Positions 52,632-59,708 of a stretch of 59,708 nucleotides of DNA are shown one piece after another. The stretch is from an uncultured Muribaculaceae bacterium. GTDB taxonomy: Bacteria; Bacillota_I; Bacilli_A; RF39; UBA660. Location of the stretch: the NCBI GenBank assembly GCA_964428195.1, contig CAYRXC010000002.1, forward strand, positions 1 to 59,708, read 5' to 3'. The translations under genes were made by a program, and so were the position numbers. Below the pieces are notes generated by a model, which was given only the letters and a program-made list of their open reading frames with translations, had not been told where the DNA came from and ran no database searches. How positions within the stretch are numbered: the first letter of the stretch is position 1; the number at the start of each line of letters is the position of its first letter.

Positions 52632-54065
52632 ATGAACGGTGCCGAATATGATAAATATTTAAACGCAATTAAAGGAACTAACTTTTCTGCTTTAAAAACT
52701 TTGATTAGTAACATTGAACAAGTAGAAACAAATGTAGTAAATAATTTGAATAAAGAAATTGAATGGGAAGGTGATGTTCGAGAAGCATTAAGAGCTAAAA
52801 TAGACTCTGTACTTCCTTCTTTTAGAAGTTTTAAGACTAATGAAACTGCTAATATAAACAACATTATTGATTTATCTACAGAATTGATGAACAAGATATT
52901 AGAATACAAAAAATTATTTTCTGAAATTACGAGTTTAAATAATGATTTGAATAGAGCAAAAGCAAATGCAGAAACTATCGAAGTTGAATTTTCCGGAAGA
53001 GGCGGAAAAATTGATGATTCTAGTGCAACTTCGAGCGAAAGATTTACAACAAAAAGGCAAAAAAGCAATGCGGAAATTAATAGGATTCAATCTCAAATTA
53101 ATAGCAAAACAAAAATGATTGGTGACACAAAAATTGAAATAGAGTCATTAATTACTAAATTAAAAAGCGTAGAATTTGGAACATTATTTGTTAATAGTAC
53201 TGTTGCATCTACGGCAAGTTCTTCTTCAGAAACAGTTATTGCAGATGTATCTTTAGATGGATATAAACTTGATGCAACTTTACTTACAAGTATACCAGCC
53301 AGCGAATATGATAATTATTTTAGAAATTCTTTAGAAAAACCTATTCAGAATAATATAAATTATTTATCTATGACTTTACATAATTTAAATGATCAAAGAC
53401 ATTTGGCTTCTATTGTTTTAACAAATATGCCTGGAACGACTGACCCAAATCAATTGGTTGCAATAGATATGGCAAGACTAGCGCATTCAAGATTAACTCA
53501 ACAAATTGAGGATACAGAGAAGTCACTTGAGCAACATCAAAAATTACTTGATGATTATAAAGCGGCAAATAAATCAAAGTTTTGGGCATGGGAAAGCCAT
53601 GGTGAAATTAAAAATCTTGCACTTGAAAGAGATGCAGCTACGAGCCCAGAGGAGAAAGCTGAATATAATAGGAAAATATCCGAAGCTGTCGAAAGATTTA
53701 ATAGTGGAATTGATAGTTCAAATTTAATTCCAATAGGAGATGTAGCTTTACCTTTTATGGCAAGTTCCTTAGAAGGTCAAAACATTCTTGGACCAGAGGT
53801 TGGTTATTCTGAAGCAAGTAAAGAAACAGAAGTATTAAGTTTATTTACAGAAAGCTTATATAATTCTCCTAGATCAGATACTGAAATGATTCCTACATAT
53901 AATGATAAACAAGAAATAACAGGATATACTATAATCGATCAAAGACTTGAGAGTATTGGTCAAGAATATAAATTAAACAAGACAGATACGGGATATGATT
54001 TAGTTATAGGTGGAAAAGAACCTTTACATTATGATTTACCTCAACTTGAAAATAGTAATAATTAA
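52632..54065 (+). CDS. LXG/WXG-like N-terminal domain protein with unassigned C-terminal region (candidate T7SS substrate/effector)
   Basis: A WXG motif is present (EIEWEGDVREALRAKI) within an N-terminal helical domain, followed by coiled coil. The C-terminal ~230 aa are unrecognised. No TM and no signal peptide. The RBS is AAGGAGG. Confidence 0.5.
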   Translation: MNGAEYDKYLNAIKGTNFSALKTLISNIEQVETNVVNNLNKEIEWEGDVREALRAKIDSVLPSFRSFKTNETANINNIIDLSTELMNKILEYKKLFSEITSLNNDLNRAKANAETIEVEFSGRGGKIDDSSATSSERFTTKRQKSNAEINRIQSQINSKTKMIGDTKIEIESLITKLKSVEFGTLFVNSTVASTASSSSETVIADVSLDGYKLDATLLTSIPASEYDNYFRNSLEKPIQNNINYLSMTLHNLNDQRHLASIVLTNMPGTTDPNQLVAIDMARLAHSRLTQQIEDTEKSLEQHQKLLDDYKAANKSKFWAWESHGEIKNLALERDAATSPEEKAEYNRKISEAVERFNSGIDSSNLIPIGDVALPFMASSLEGQNILGPEVGYSEASKETEVLSLFTESLYNSPRSDTEMIPTYNDKQEITGYTIIDQRLESIGQEYKLNKTDTGYDLVIGGKEPLHYDLPQLENSNN

Positions 54066-54072
54066 TAATATA

Positions 54073-54106
54073 AAAGTTCTTATTATATATGAGAACTTTT
54101 TTTCTT
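54073..54106 (+). terminator. Rho-independent terminator
   Basis: AAAGTTCT / AGAACTTT stem (11-nt loop) followed by TTTTCTT. Confidence 0.55.
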
Positions 54107-54112
54107 GAAAAA

Positions 54113-54121
54113 TGATATAAA
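54113..54121 (+). promoter_or_regulatory. Extended -10-like element (TGaTATAAA)
   Basis: Lies 35 nt upstream of the 54156 ATG. The RBS is AGGAGG. Confidence 0.35.
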
Positions 54122-54155
54122 TTATGATAGTATTAACATAGGAGGATAGTGTGAT

Positions 54156-54824
54156 ATGACAAAAATAATGGATTATTTGGTTGATAATTATATTTATGTT
54201 GCAGCTATATCGGGTTTTTTAATTATCGTTCTTATTGGATTTTTAGTGAAAACTAATAAATCAAAGAAAACCAATAAATCTGCAAAAGAAAAATCAAAAG
54301 AATTAGAAATTGAAAACAAAAATGATGAAAATCAAAATGTACAAGAAAAAAATACAAGTAAAGATTTTGAAATTACACCTAATGGAGTTGATTCTGGATT
54401 TATAAAAAATGAAGAAGAAAATATAATTCCAGAAATAAATAGTGTTGTTGAAGAAGCAACAAATTCAATGGAGTCTGAAACAAAAACAAATGTAGATGTT
54501 TCTGTTGAAGAAATTAATATTATTCCTGAAATAGAAAATCTTTCTCAGGAAAAGTCAAATTCTGAGAATAATAATCAAGAAAATGATGTTAGCTTATACA
54601 ACGAGTCCATAGTTGAACCATCAAATCAAAAATTTCAAGTAGTACTAGATGATGAGGTTAGTGAGCCAACAGTCAAGGAAGCTGAAAAATTCGATCTAGA
54701 TGACACAATTTCTCTAAATAAAAGCTTGCTTGATGATACTGTTGATATTGTTGATTTTTCTGAACTTAATAAATTTGAACCAAATGATGAAGTACCAAAT
54801 TCAATTAGTAATAACAACCAATAA
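54156..54824 (+). CDS. Single-pass membrane protein with long acidic, N/E/S-rich tail
   Basis: N-terminal TM YIYVAAISGFLIIVLIGFLV, followed by KTNKSKKTNKSAKEK and a low-complexity acidic region. A short motif occurs twice: NIIPEINS and NIIPEIEN. Confidence 0.5.
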   Translation: MTKIMDYLVDNYIYVAAISGFLIIVLIGFLVKTNKSKKTNKSAKEKSKELEIENKNDENQNVQEKNTSKDFEITPNGVDSGFIKNEEENIIPEINSVVEEATNSMESETKTNVDVSVEEINIIPEIENLSQEKSNSENNNQENDVSLYNESIVEPSNQKFQVVLDDEVSEPTVKEAEKFDLDDTISLNKSLLDDTVDIVDFSELNKFEPNDEVPNSISNNNQ

Positions 54825-54830
54825 TAAAGT

Positions 54831-54869
54831 AAAAGAAACAAAAATTCGTTGACATTTTGTTTCTTTTTT
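54831..54869 (+). terminator. AT-rich terminator hairpin whose loop and 3' arm overlap the rplM promoter
   Basis: 13-bp stem, 54831-54843 (AAAAGAAACAAAA) with 54855-54867 (TTTTGTTTCTTTT). The loop contains TTGACA. Confidence 0.4.
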
Positions 54870-54877
54870 AGTAAAAT
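54849..54877 (+). promoter_or_regulatory. Consensus-like sigma-A promoter of rplM-rpsI
   Basis: TTGACA (54849-54854), a 17-nt spacer, then TAAAAT (54872-54877). A ~70-nt leader containing the hairpin AAGTTT-TCCGAAG-AAACTT precedes rplM. Confidence 0.6.
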
Positions 54878-54950
54878 CATAGTCGGTACATTTAAATCCC
54901 ATTTTAAGTTTTCCGAAGAAACTTGAATTAAAAATGAAAGGGAAAAAAAT

Positions 54951-55391
54951 ATGAATACATTCATGCAAAGAAAAGAAGATGTTAAAAGAGAGTGGTGGCT
55001 TGTTGATGCAAGTAATATTCCATTAGGAAGATTAGCATCTAAAGTTGCTGTTGTTTTGTCTGGAAAGAATAAAACAACATATACACCACATGTTGATTGT
55101 GGAGATTATGTAGTTATAATTAATGCTTCAAAAGTTGAATTGACTGGGAATAAACTGGATGATAAAAAATATTATAATCACAGTCAATATCCTGGAGGTT
55201 TGAGAGTAAGAACTGCTAGAACAATGAGAGATAATTATCCAATAGAGATGATTGAATTGGCAGTAAAAGGGATGCTTCCTCATGGAAGATTAGGAAGACA
55301 AATGGTCAAGAAATTATTTGTATATTCTGATGAAAACCATAAGAATCAAGCTCAAAAACCAAAAGAAATGAAAGTGAAATTAGGTGAGTAA
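54951..55391 (+). CDS. rplM: 50S ribosomal protein L13
   Basis: Contains [47 protein letters not shown]. Confidence 0.95.
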   Translation: MNTFMQRKEDVKREWWLVDASNIPLGRLASKVAVVLSGKNKTTYTPHVDCGDYVVIINASKVELTGNKLDDKKYYNHSQYPGGLRVRTARTMRDNYPIEMIELAVKGMLPHGRLGRQMVKKLFVYSDENHKNQAQKPKEMKVKLGE

Positions 55392-55392
55392 T

Positions 55393-55812
55393 ATGGCTGA
55401 TAAAAAAGTTTATCTAGGAACTGGTCATCGTAAGTCTTCAATAGCAAGAGTAAGAATGACTTCTGGAAAGGGAACCATTACTATTAATGGAGTTGAAATG
55501 AGCAAGTATTTGCCATTTCCAACTTTGATTTTAGACCTATGTCAACCTTTAGATGCTACTAATACTAGAGATAAGTTTGATATTGAAGTGAGTACCTATG
55601 GTGGTGGATTTTCAGGTCAAACTGGAGCAATTAGATTAGGAATAACAAGAGCATTATTAGAATATGATGCCAATACTGATCCAAATAGTGAGACTTCTTT
55701 CAGAAAAATTCTAAAGAGAGAGGGTTTCATTACAAGAGATTCTAGAAAGAAAGAACGTAAAAAATACGGACTAAAAAAAGCTAGAAGAGCACCACAATTT
55801 AGTAAACGTTAA
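55393..55812 (+). CDS. rpsI: 30S ribosomal protein S9
   Basis: Contains [14 protein letters not shown]...[19 protein letters not shown]...[25 protein letters not shown]. Confidence 0.95.
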   Translation: MADKKVYLGTGHRKSSIARVRMTSGKGTITINGVEMSKYLPFPTLILDLCQPLDATNTRDKFDIEVSTYGGGFSGQTGAIRLGITRALLEYDANTDPNSETSFRKILKREGFITRDSRKKERKKYGLKKARRAPQFSKR

Positions 55813-55814
55813 TA

Positions 55815-55842
55815 AAAAATCCATATATTGGATTTTTTTTAT
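55815..55842 (+). terminator. Rho-independent terminator
   Basis: AAAAATCCA-TATAT-TGGATTTTT stem followed by a T run. Confidence 0.65.
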
Positions 55843-55863
55843 TTTAATTAGGCTAATTATTTG

Positions 55864-55872
55864 TGGTATAAT
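55864..55872 (+). promoter_or_regulatory. Extended -10 promoter element (TGgTATAAT); implies a ~150-nt 5' UTR before the 56031 gene
   Basis: Sequence match. No better start codon with an RBS lies between it and 56031. Confidence 0.4.
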
Positions 55873-56030
55873 ATTTATCAATAGAAATAATTTTGTTATA
55901 AATAAATTTTTAGATTATTAATTTGTGTTTTTTGAGAAGAAAAAAGATTACAATTAACATAAGAAGGATTCGCATATTTTATTTAATGAGTAGTTTTAAT
56001 GTAACTGATAACATAAAAGAAGGTAATACA

Positions 56031-57218
56031 ATGAAAAAAATAGTTAATCAAGAAAAATATATTGTTAGAAAACTTAAGGAAGTAAAAAGAAAATTATATC
56101 AAGCATATTTGATTCCTTTTTTTGTAGATTTTGCATTTAGAATGGGCGCTGCTGTTTTAGGAGATAATGTAGGTGTTAGAAACGCTACTATAATAAGTAT
56201 ATCATTGCTTACTTTAACGAGAATAAAAGCTATTAAAGATTTAGTTGATGTTGTAAAAGGTCTTATAGAAACAGAAAAAATAGAAGATCCATCTATTACG
56301 TTTAAAAAAGTAATCATTAGAGATATAAAAAAATATAAGAAAATTATTTTGAATAAAAAAAACAAATCCAGAGATAGTTCCAGAAATAATATATTTTCAA
56401 TAATTGTAGGTGCTGTGGCACCAATGACGTTTGATTATTTTTCTATGGGAATTGTTGCAAAATATGGAGCTGGAGCTGCAGGAATAACTCAAATAATCGA
56501 TACATTATTACATTTAAGTTCTTTGTTAATTTTGTTTTCTAGTGTTAAAAAGATTAAGATTGAACTAAATACTTTCGATGAGAATTATTATGAAGATTAT
56601 AAAACATTTATTCATAATAGTTTATCTAATAATAAGCCAAACATTATTTCTAAGATCATCGATAATATTAAAATTAGAAGCTTATTAAAAAAGGAGAATA
56701 CATCATATTATAAAGAGAAAATCAGAAGATTTTTAGTCGATTCTAATAATTTAAAAAAAGTCATTAACGATTCAATAGAATCTCACGAGTGGGAACAATT
56801 TTACTTACAATTTCCAAATGAAAAAGATTATGCGGAAAGAAGCATAAGAAAATGTGATGATAAGTATATGATAATAACGAAAATAATAGAAAAAGATAGT
56901 TATAATAATAAATATGGTTATGCGGATTCCTCGAGAGATACCTATTCTTTTGAAATAGAAGAAGAGAAATATAATGAATTTAAGAAAATAAATGGAAAGA
57001 ACCCGATTTATAAATTAACCACATATTCAATAAAAAATGGTAATAACACTATACTATTAGATGTATACAAAGACGATTATGAAGGTCTAAATATAGCAAG
57101 AGTAAAGTTTAAAGACACAAAAGAATCTTCTATATTTATCGAGCCTGAGTGGTTTGACAAAGAAATCACTTATGACCCTGATTATACTGGAAAGCATTTT
57201 AAATATCCAACTAAATAA
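56031..57218 (+). CDS. Membrane protein with duplicated 2-TM hairpin and a C-terminal degenerate CYTH (triphosphate tunnel)-like domain
   Basis: I chose the ATG at 56031 (RBS GAAGGT) over the track start. The two TM hairpins are FFVDFAFRMGAAVLGDNVGVRNATIISISLLTL and MTFDYFSMGIVAKYGAGAAGITQIIDTLLHLSSLLILF. The C-terminal EGLNIARVKFKDTKESSIFIEPEWFDKEITYDPDYTGKHF parallels the CYTH end motif GL.lAEvEF....a..f.pP.WF..EVT.D..Y.N, with the acidic residues replaced. Confidence 0.5.
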   Translation: MKKIVNQEKYIVRKLKEVKRKLYQAYLIPFFVDFAFRMGAAVLGDNVGVRNATIISISLLTLTRIKAIKDLVDVVKGLIETEKIEDPSITFKKVIIRDIKKYKKIILNKKNKSRDSSRNNIFSIIVGAVAPMTFDYFSMGIVAKYGAGAAGITQIIDTLLHLSSLLILFSSVKKIKIELNTFDENYYEDYKTFIHNSLSNNKPNIISKIIDNIKIRSLLKKENTSYYKEKIRRFLVDSNNLKKVINDSIESHEWEQFYLQFPNEKDYAERSIRKCDDKYMIITKIIEKDSYNNKYGYADSSRDTYSFEIEEEKYNEFKKINGKNPIYKLTTYSIKNGNNTILLDVYKDDYEGLNIARVKFKDTKESSIFIEPEWFDKEITYDPDYTGKHFKYPTK

Positions 57219-57409
57219 TGTGAAAATTATAAATAGTCGATTTAATTTTAACTCGCACTTCTCTAGTCACATAAGAAGAGTAATCAATTATTTGTTTTTT
57301 CTTTGTTTTCTCATTAATATAAGATTCAAAGTATCTATTAATAACTGGACTTGTAATAATTCATATCTTAAATATTACGGATTTTTTTAGAGAAAAAATC
57401 AATGTTTTA

Positions 57410-57418
57410 TGGTATAAT
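57410..57418 (+). promoter_or_regulatory. Extended -10 promoter element (TGgTATAAT) upstream of the abi gene
   Basis: Lies 16 nt upstream of the 57434 ATG (short leader, weak RBS). Confidence 0.45.
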
Positions 57419-57433
57419 TTTATTGGTGATAAT

Positions 57434-58360
57434 ATGGCATTGAAAAAAGAATTTAAGACATTAGAACAACAAATAGAAATACTAAAAAGCAAAGGTTTAG
57501 TAATAGAAGACGAAGAAAAAGTAAAAAAAATATTGTTCAGAGAAAATTATTTTTTCATAAATGGGTATAGATATATTTTTTATAGGTCACAAAGCGATAG
57601 AGTATTTATAGAAGGAACAAATTTCTATGAATTATATGCTTTCTTCTTATTCGATAGAAATATTAGAAATATAATGTTTAAAAATATATTGATAGTAGAA
57701 AATAACATTAAATCTGTTATGAGTTATATTTTGTCAAAAAAATATGGAATTAAAGAAAAGGATTACCTAAAAGTATCGAATTTTACAAAAGATTATTCTA
57801 AATCAAGAAGAGTAAATGATGTTTTAGGAAAGATAAAAAGGCAAATAAAAATAAATAGTAAACAACATAGTGCAACACTCCATTATATAACCAATTATGG
57901 ATATGTTCCTATGTGGATTATGGTAAAAGTATTATCTTTTGGAATAATTAGTGAATTATTTTCAATATTAAAAGATGAAGACAAAGAAGAAATTGCAAGT
58001 TATTATGGAGTTAATTCCGAAGAATTGGATATTTTCTTGTCTGTAACTGCCAATTATAGAAATTTATGTGCTCATGAGGATATTTTGTTTGATCATGTTA
58101 CTCAAAGAGAAATCCCCGATTCTATTTATCATTCAAAATTAAATATTCCTAAGGTAAATAATAAATATGTTTACGGGAAAAATGATTTCTTTTCGGTAAT
58201 AATAATAATGAAGCATATGCTTACTGATGAAGAATTCAGATTATTGCTATATGAGATAGGATATGAAGTTGATTTATTAGATGGAAGAGTATCGACAATA
58301 CCTTTATCTAAAATATTACATAGATTAGGCTTTGTTGATAATTGGAGAGAAATAATATAG
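57434..58360 (+). CDS. Abi_2-family (AbiD/AbiF-like) abortive-infection protein, HEPN-type
   Basis: The N-terminal LEQQIEILKSKGLVIEDEEKVKKILFRENYFFINGYRYIF is typical of Abi_2. An Rx4H HEPN motif is present in ANYRNLCAHED. Confidence 0.75.
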   Translation: MALKKEFKTLEQQIEILKSKGLVIEDEEKVKKILFRENYFFINGYRYIFYRSQSDRVFIEGTNFYELYAFFLFDRNIRNIMFKNILIVENNIKSVMSYILSKKYGIKEKDYLKVSNFTKDYSKSRRVNDVLGKIKRQIKINSKQHSATLHYITNYGYVPMWIMVKVLSFGIISELFSILKDEDKEEIASYYGVNSEELDIFLSVTANYRNLCAHEDILFDHVTQREIPDSIYHSKLNIPKVNNKYVYGKNDFFSVIIIMKHMLTDEEFRLLLYEIGYEVDLLDGRVSTIPLSKILHRLGFVDNWREII

Positions 58361-58369
58361 GAGGAAATT

Positions 58370-59458
58370 ATGAAAAAGAATAATAGTATTTTAATAGGAT
58401 TATTAATGTTTTTTGTAGGAAGTATTGGAATGTATTTGGTTATTACTTTTTTTCCTTTGAAAACAAAAACAATTAATGAAACAACAAATAAATATAAAAT
58501 TGAAGATACAGCTGTTGAGGAAGCAATAGAGAAGGCATATGAAGCAGTAGTAGTAGTAGAATCGTTTAGCGATAACAGCAAGATAGGAACTGGAACTGGT
58601 TTTATTTATAAAAAAGAGGGAAAACTAGGATATATAATGACTAATAGTCACGTGTTAGGTAATGGAAATAAGGCAAAAGTAATATTGTCCAATGGACAAG
58701 AGGTAGATGCGAATATATTAGGTAAAGACGTATTATCAGATATTGCTGTTCTTTCTTTAGATATCAAACACGTTACTAAAACAGTAGAATTGGGGGACAG
58801 CGAAGCATCTAAATTAGGAAATACTGTAATTACGATTGGCGCACCAATGGGTAGCGATTATAGCGGAACAGTAACAAAAGGAATAATTTCTGGAAAAGAT
58901 AGAATGCTATCTGTAAGCTTGAGTGGGTATGGATCAAGTGATTTTATTGTGAGAGTATTACAAACTGATGCAGCTATTAATCCCGGTAATAGTGGAGGCC
59001 CTTTGTTAAATGTTGCTGGTCAAGTAATTGGAATAACTTCATTGAAATTGGTTCAAAGTGAAGTTGAGGGAATGGGTTTTGCAATCCCAATAGAAGATGC
59101 AATGAGATATGTTGAGGATTTGGAAAATGGAAAAGCAATATCAAGACCATTTATTGGAATAGAAATGCTTGATGTAAATGAAGTATATGCATTATTCCTA
59201 GAAGGTATAATAGTAAATGAAGAAGTTGAAAAAGGTGTCGTAATTATTCGTGTTTCGGATAAATCCCCAGCTCAAATTGCAGGGCTTAAAAGAGGAGATA
59301 TAATATTAAAAATTGGAAATAAAGAGATTAACAATAAAGCTGAATTGAGATATGAACTTTATAAATATAAAATTGGAGAAAAAATTAGTGTTTTTGTATT
59401 AAGGGATGATAAGATTAAAGAATATACACTAACATTATCTAGCAACAACAATCAATAA
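58370..59458 (+). CDS. htrA: HtrA/DegP-family serine protease with N-terminal TM and C-terminal PDZ
   Basis: Catalytic triad blocks are TNSHV, DIAVL and GNSGGPLLN. The PDZ block is PAQIAGLKRGDIILKIGNKEI. Confidence 0.9.
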   Translation: MKKNNSILIGLLMFFVGSIGMYLVITFFPLKTKTINETTNKYKIEDTAVEEAIEKAYEAVVVVESFSDNSKIGTGTGFIYKKEGKLGYIMTNSHVLGNGNKAKVILSNGQEVDANILGKDVLSDIAVLSLDIKHVTKTVELGDSEASKLGNTVITIGAPMGSDYSGTVTKGIISGKDRMLSVSLSGYGSSDFIVRVLQTDAAINPGNSGGPLLNVAGQVIGITSLKLVQSEVEGMGFAIPIEDAMRYVEDLENGKAISRPFIGIEMLDVNEVYALFLEGIIVNEEVEKGVVIIRVSDKSPAQIAGLKRGDIILKIGNKEINNKAELRYELYKYKIGEKISVFVLRDDKIKEYTLTLSSNNNQ

Positions 59459-59477
59459 TGATTGATGGAGGTATATT

Positions 59478-59708
59478 GTGTATGAAGATTTAAAAGTATT
59501 AAAGAGAGACAACAAAAAGGTCGATTTTAATGGCGAAAAAATAGCTGTTGCAATTAAAAAGGCCTTTGATAGCAGAGAAGAATTCATAGAGAAGTATACT
59601 GAAGACGATATTAATAAAGTTTTTCAATCGGTACTTGCAGACATATTTGATAGTTATTTTGAAAAACCGTATATTAAAGTTGAAGAAATACAAGATGTAA
59701 TAGAAAAG
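59478..59708 (+). CDS. 5' end of a ribonucleotide reductase large subunit (N-terminal ATP-cone); class not resolvable
   Basis: This frame is not in the ORF track because it runs off the window. GTG at 59478 follows the RBS GGAGG. The translation is VYEDLKVLKRDNKKVDFNGEKIAVAIKKAFDS...YIKVEEIQDVIEK. It shows the ATP-cone pattern V.KRDG..v.F...KI..AI..A....sveeIqD.vE. Confidence 0.55.
   Translation, partial: MYEDLKVLKRDNKKVDFNGEKIAVAIKKAFDSREEFIEKYTEDDINKVFQSVLADIFDSYFEKPYIKVEEIQDVIEK

Noticed and set aside
50586-53068. Minus-strand ORFs of 183 aa (50586-51137), 114 aa (52155-52499) and 155 aa (52601-53068) in the T7SS block.
   Set aside because: They overlap sense genes that have RBSs, translational coupling and repeat structure. 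The antisense translations are F/S/L/I-rich with no recognisable motif.
57154-57390. 78-aa + strand ORF in the gap between the CYTH-like gene and the abi gene.
   Set aside because: It starts inside the preceding gene in another frame, has no RBS and is I/N/F-rich. The 215-bp gap shows only short broken frames on both strands, so I cannot support a pseudogene either.
59499-59693. 64-aa minus-strand ORF at the right edge.
   Set aside because: It is antisense to an open + frame that starts with RBS plus GTG at 59478 and encodes a clear ATP-cone N-terminus running off the window.
1-59708. Scanned for CRISPR arrays, rRNA genes, IS elements, group II introns and long inverted repeats.
   Set aside because: No regularly spaced direct repeats, no rRNA-like conserved stretches and no transposase- or RT-like ORFs were seen. 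The only nucleotide-level repeat found is the 195-nt-period duplication at 35451-35782.

Overview
This is a very AT-rich chromosomal segment from a low-GC Gram-positive bacterium (Bacillota-type, possibly an Erysipelotrichia- or Mollicutes-related lineage). Taxonomy cannot be fixed from this window. The code is standard: an RF2 gene is present with a CTT-TGA-C +1 frameshift site, and TGA is used as a stop. All calls come from motif and architecture recognition by eye. No database search was run.

I call 53 CDS, one tmRNA and one tRNA, all on the + strand. Every minus-strand ORF in the track looks like an antisense shadow.

Housekeeping backbone: prfB, yitT-like, ftsEX, cdaA-cdaR, uvrB-tsaC-uvrA, lgt, a trxB-like gene, whiA, parA-parB-DUF951, an abgT-like transporter, ychF, rpsF-ssb-rpsR, secG, rnr, smpB-ssrA, tex, tRNA-Thr, rplM-rpsI, htrA and the 5' end of a ribonucleotide reductase.

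Unusual content:
1. A type VIIb-like secretion locus lies at 40.3-54.8 kb, between tRNA-Thr and rplM. It has EssC, a YukD/EsaB-like protein and six WXG/LXG-like helical-hairpin modules. I see no EsaA, EssA or EssB. It also encodes a 1649-aa helical-repeat protein with two TM-plus-charged-tail units, a WXG-like::alpha/beta-hydrolase fusion and an LXG-like protein with an unassigned C-terminal half.
2. A surface-protein cluster lies at 5.5-11.2 kb. It contains a 1474-aa Ig-like (DUF5011/Big_2-type) type-II-anchored protein with a Cys-rich C-terminal triple repeat. A mini-paralogue sits at 1251-1877.
3. A lone homologue of the phage thymidine-hypermodification enzyme family (aGPT-Pplase-like) lies at 215-1162.
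4. A degenerate membrane-anchored CYTH-like protein and an Abi_2/HEPN gene are wedged between rpsI and htrA.
5. A tmRNA-adjacent ABC/GntR islet has a repeated GTGTATAC candidate operator.
6. Two apparent cofactor- or metal-site-degenerate enzymes are present: a TrxR-like protein without an NADPH motif and a CapA-like protein without metal ligands.
7. A coiled-coil/proline-rich protein carries a 195-nt-period tandem duplication.
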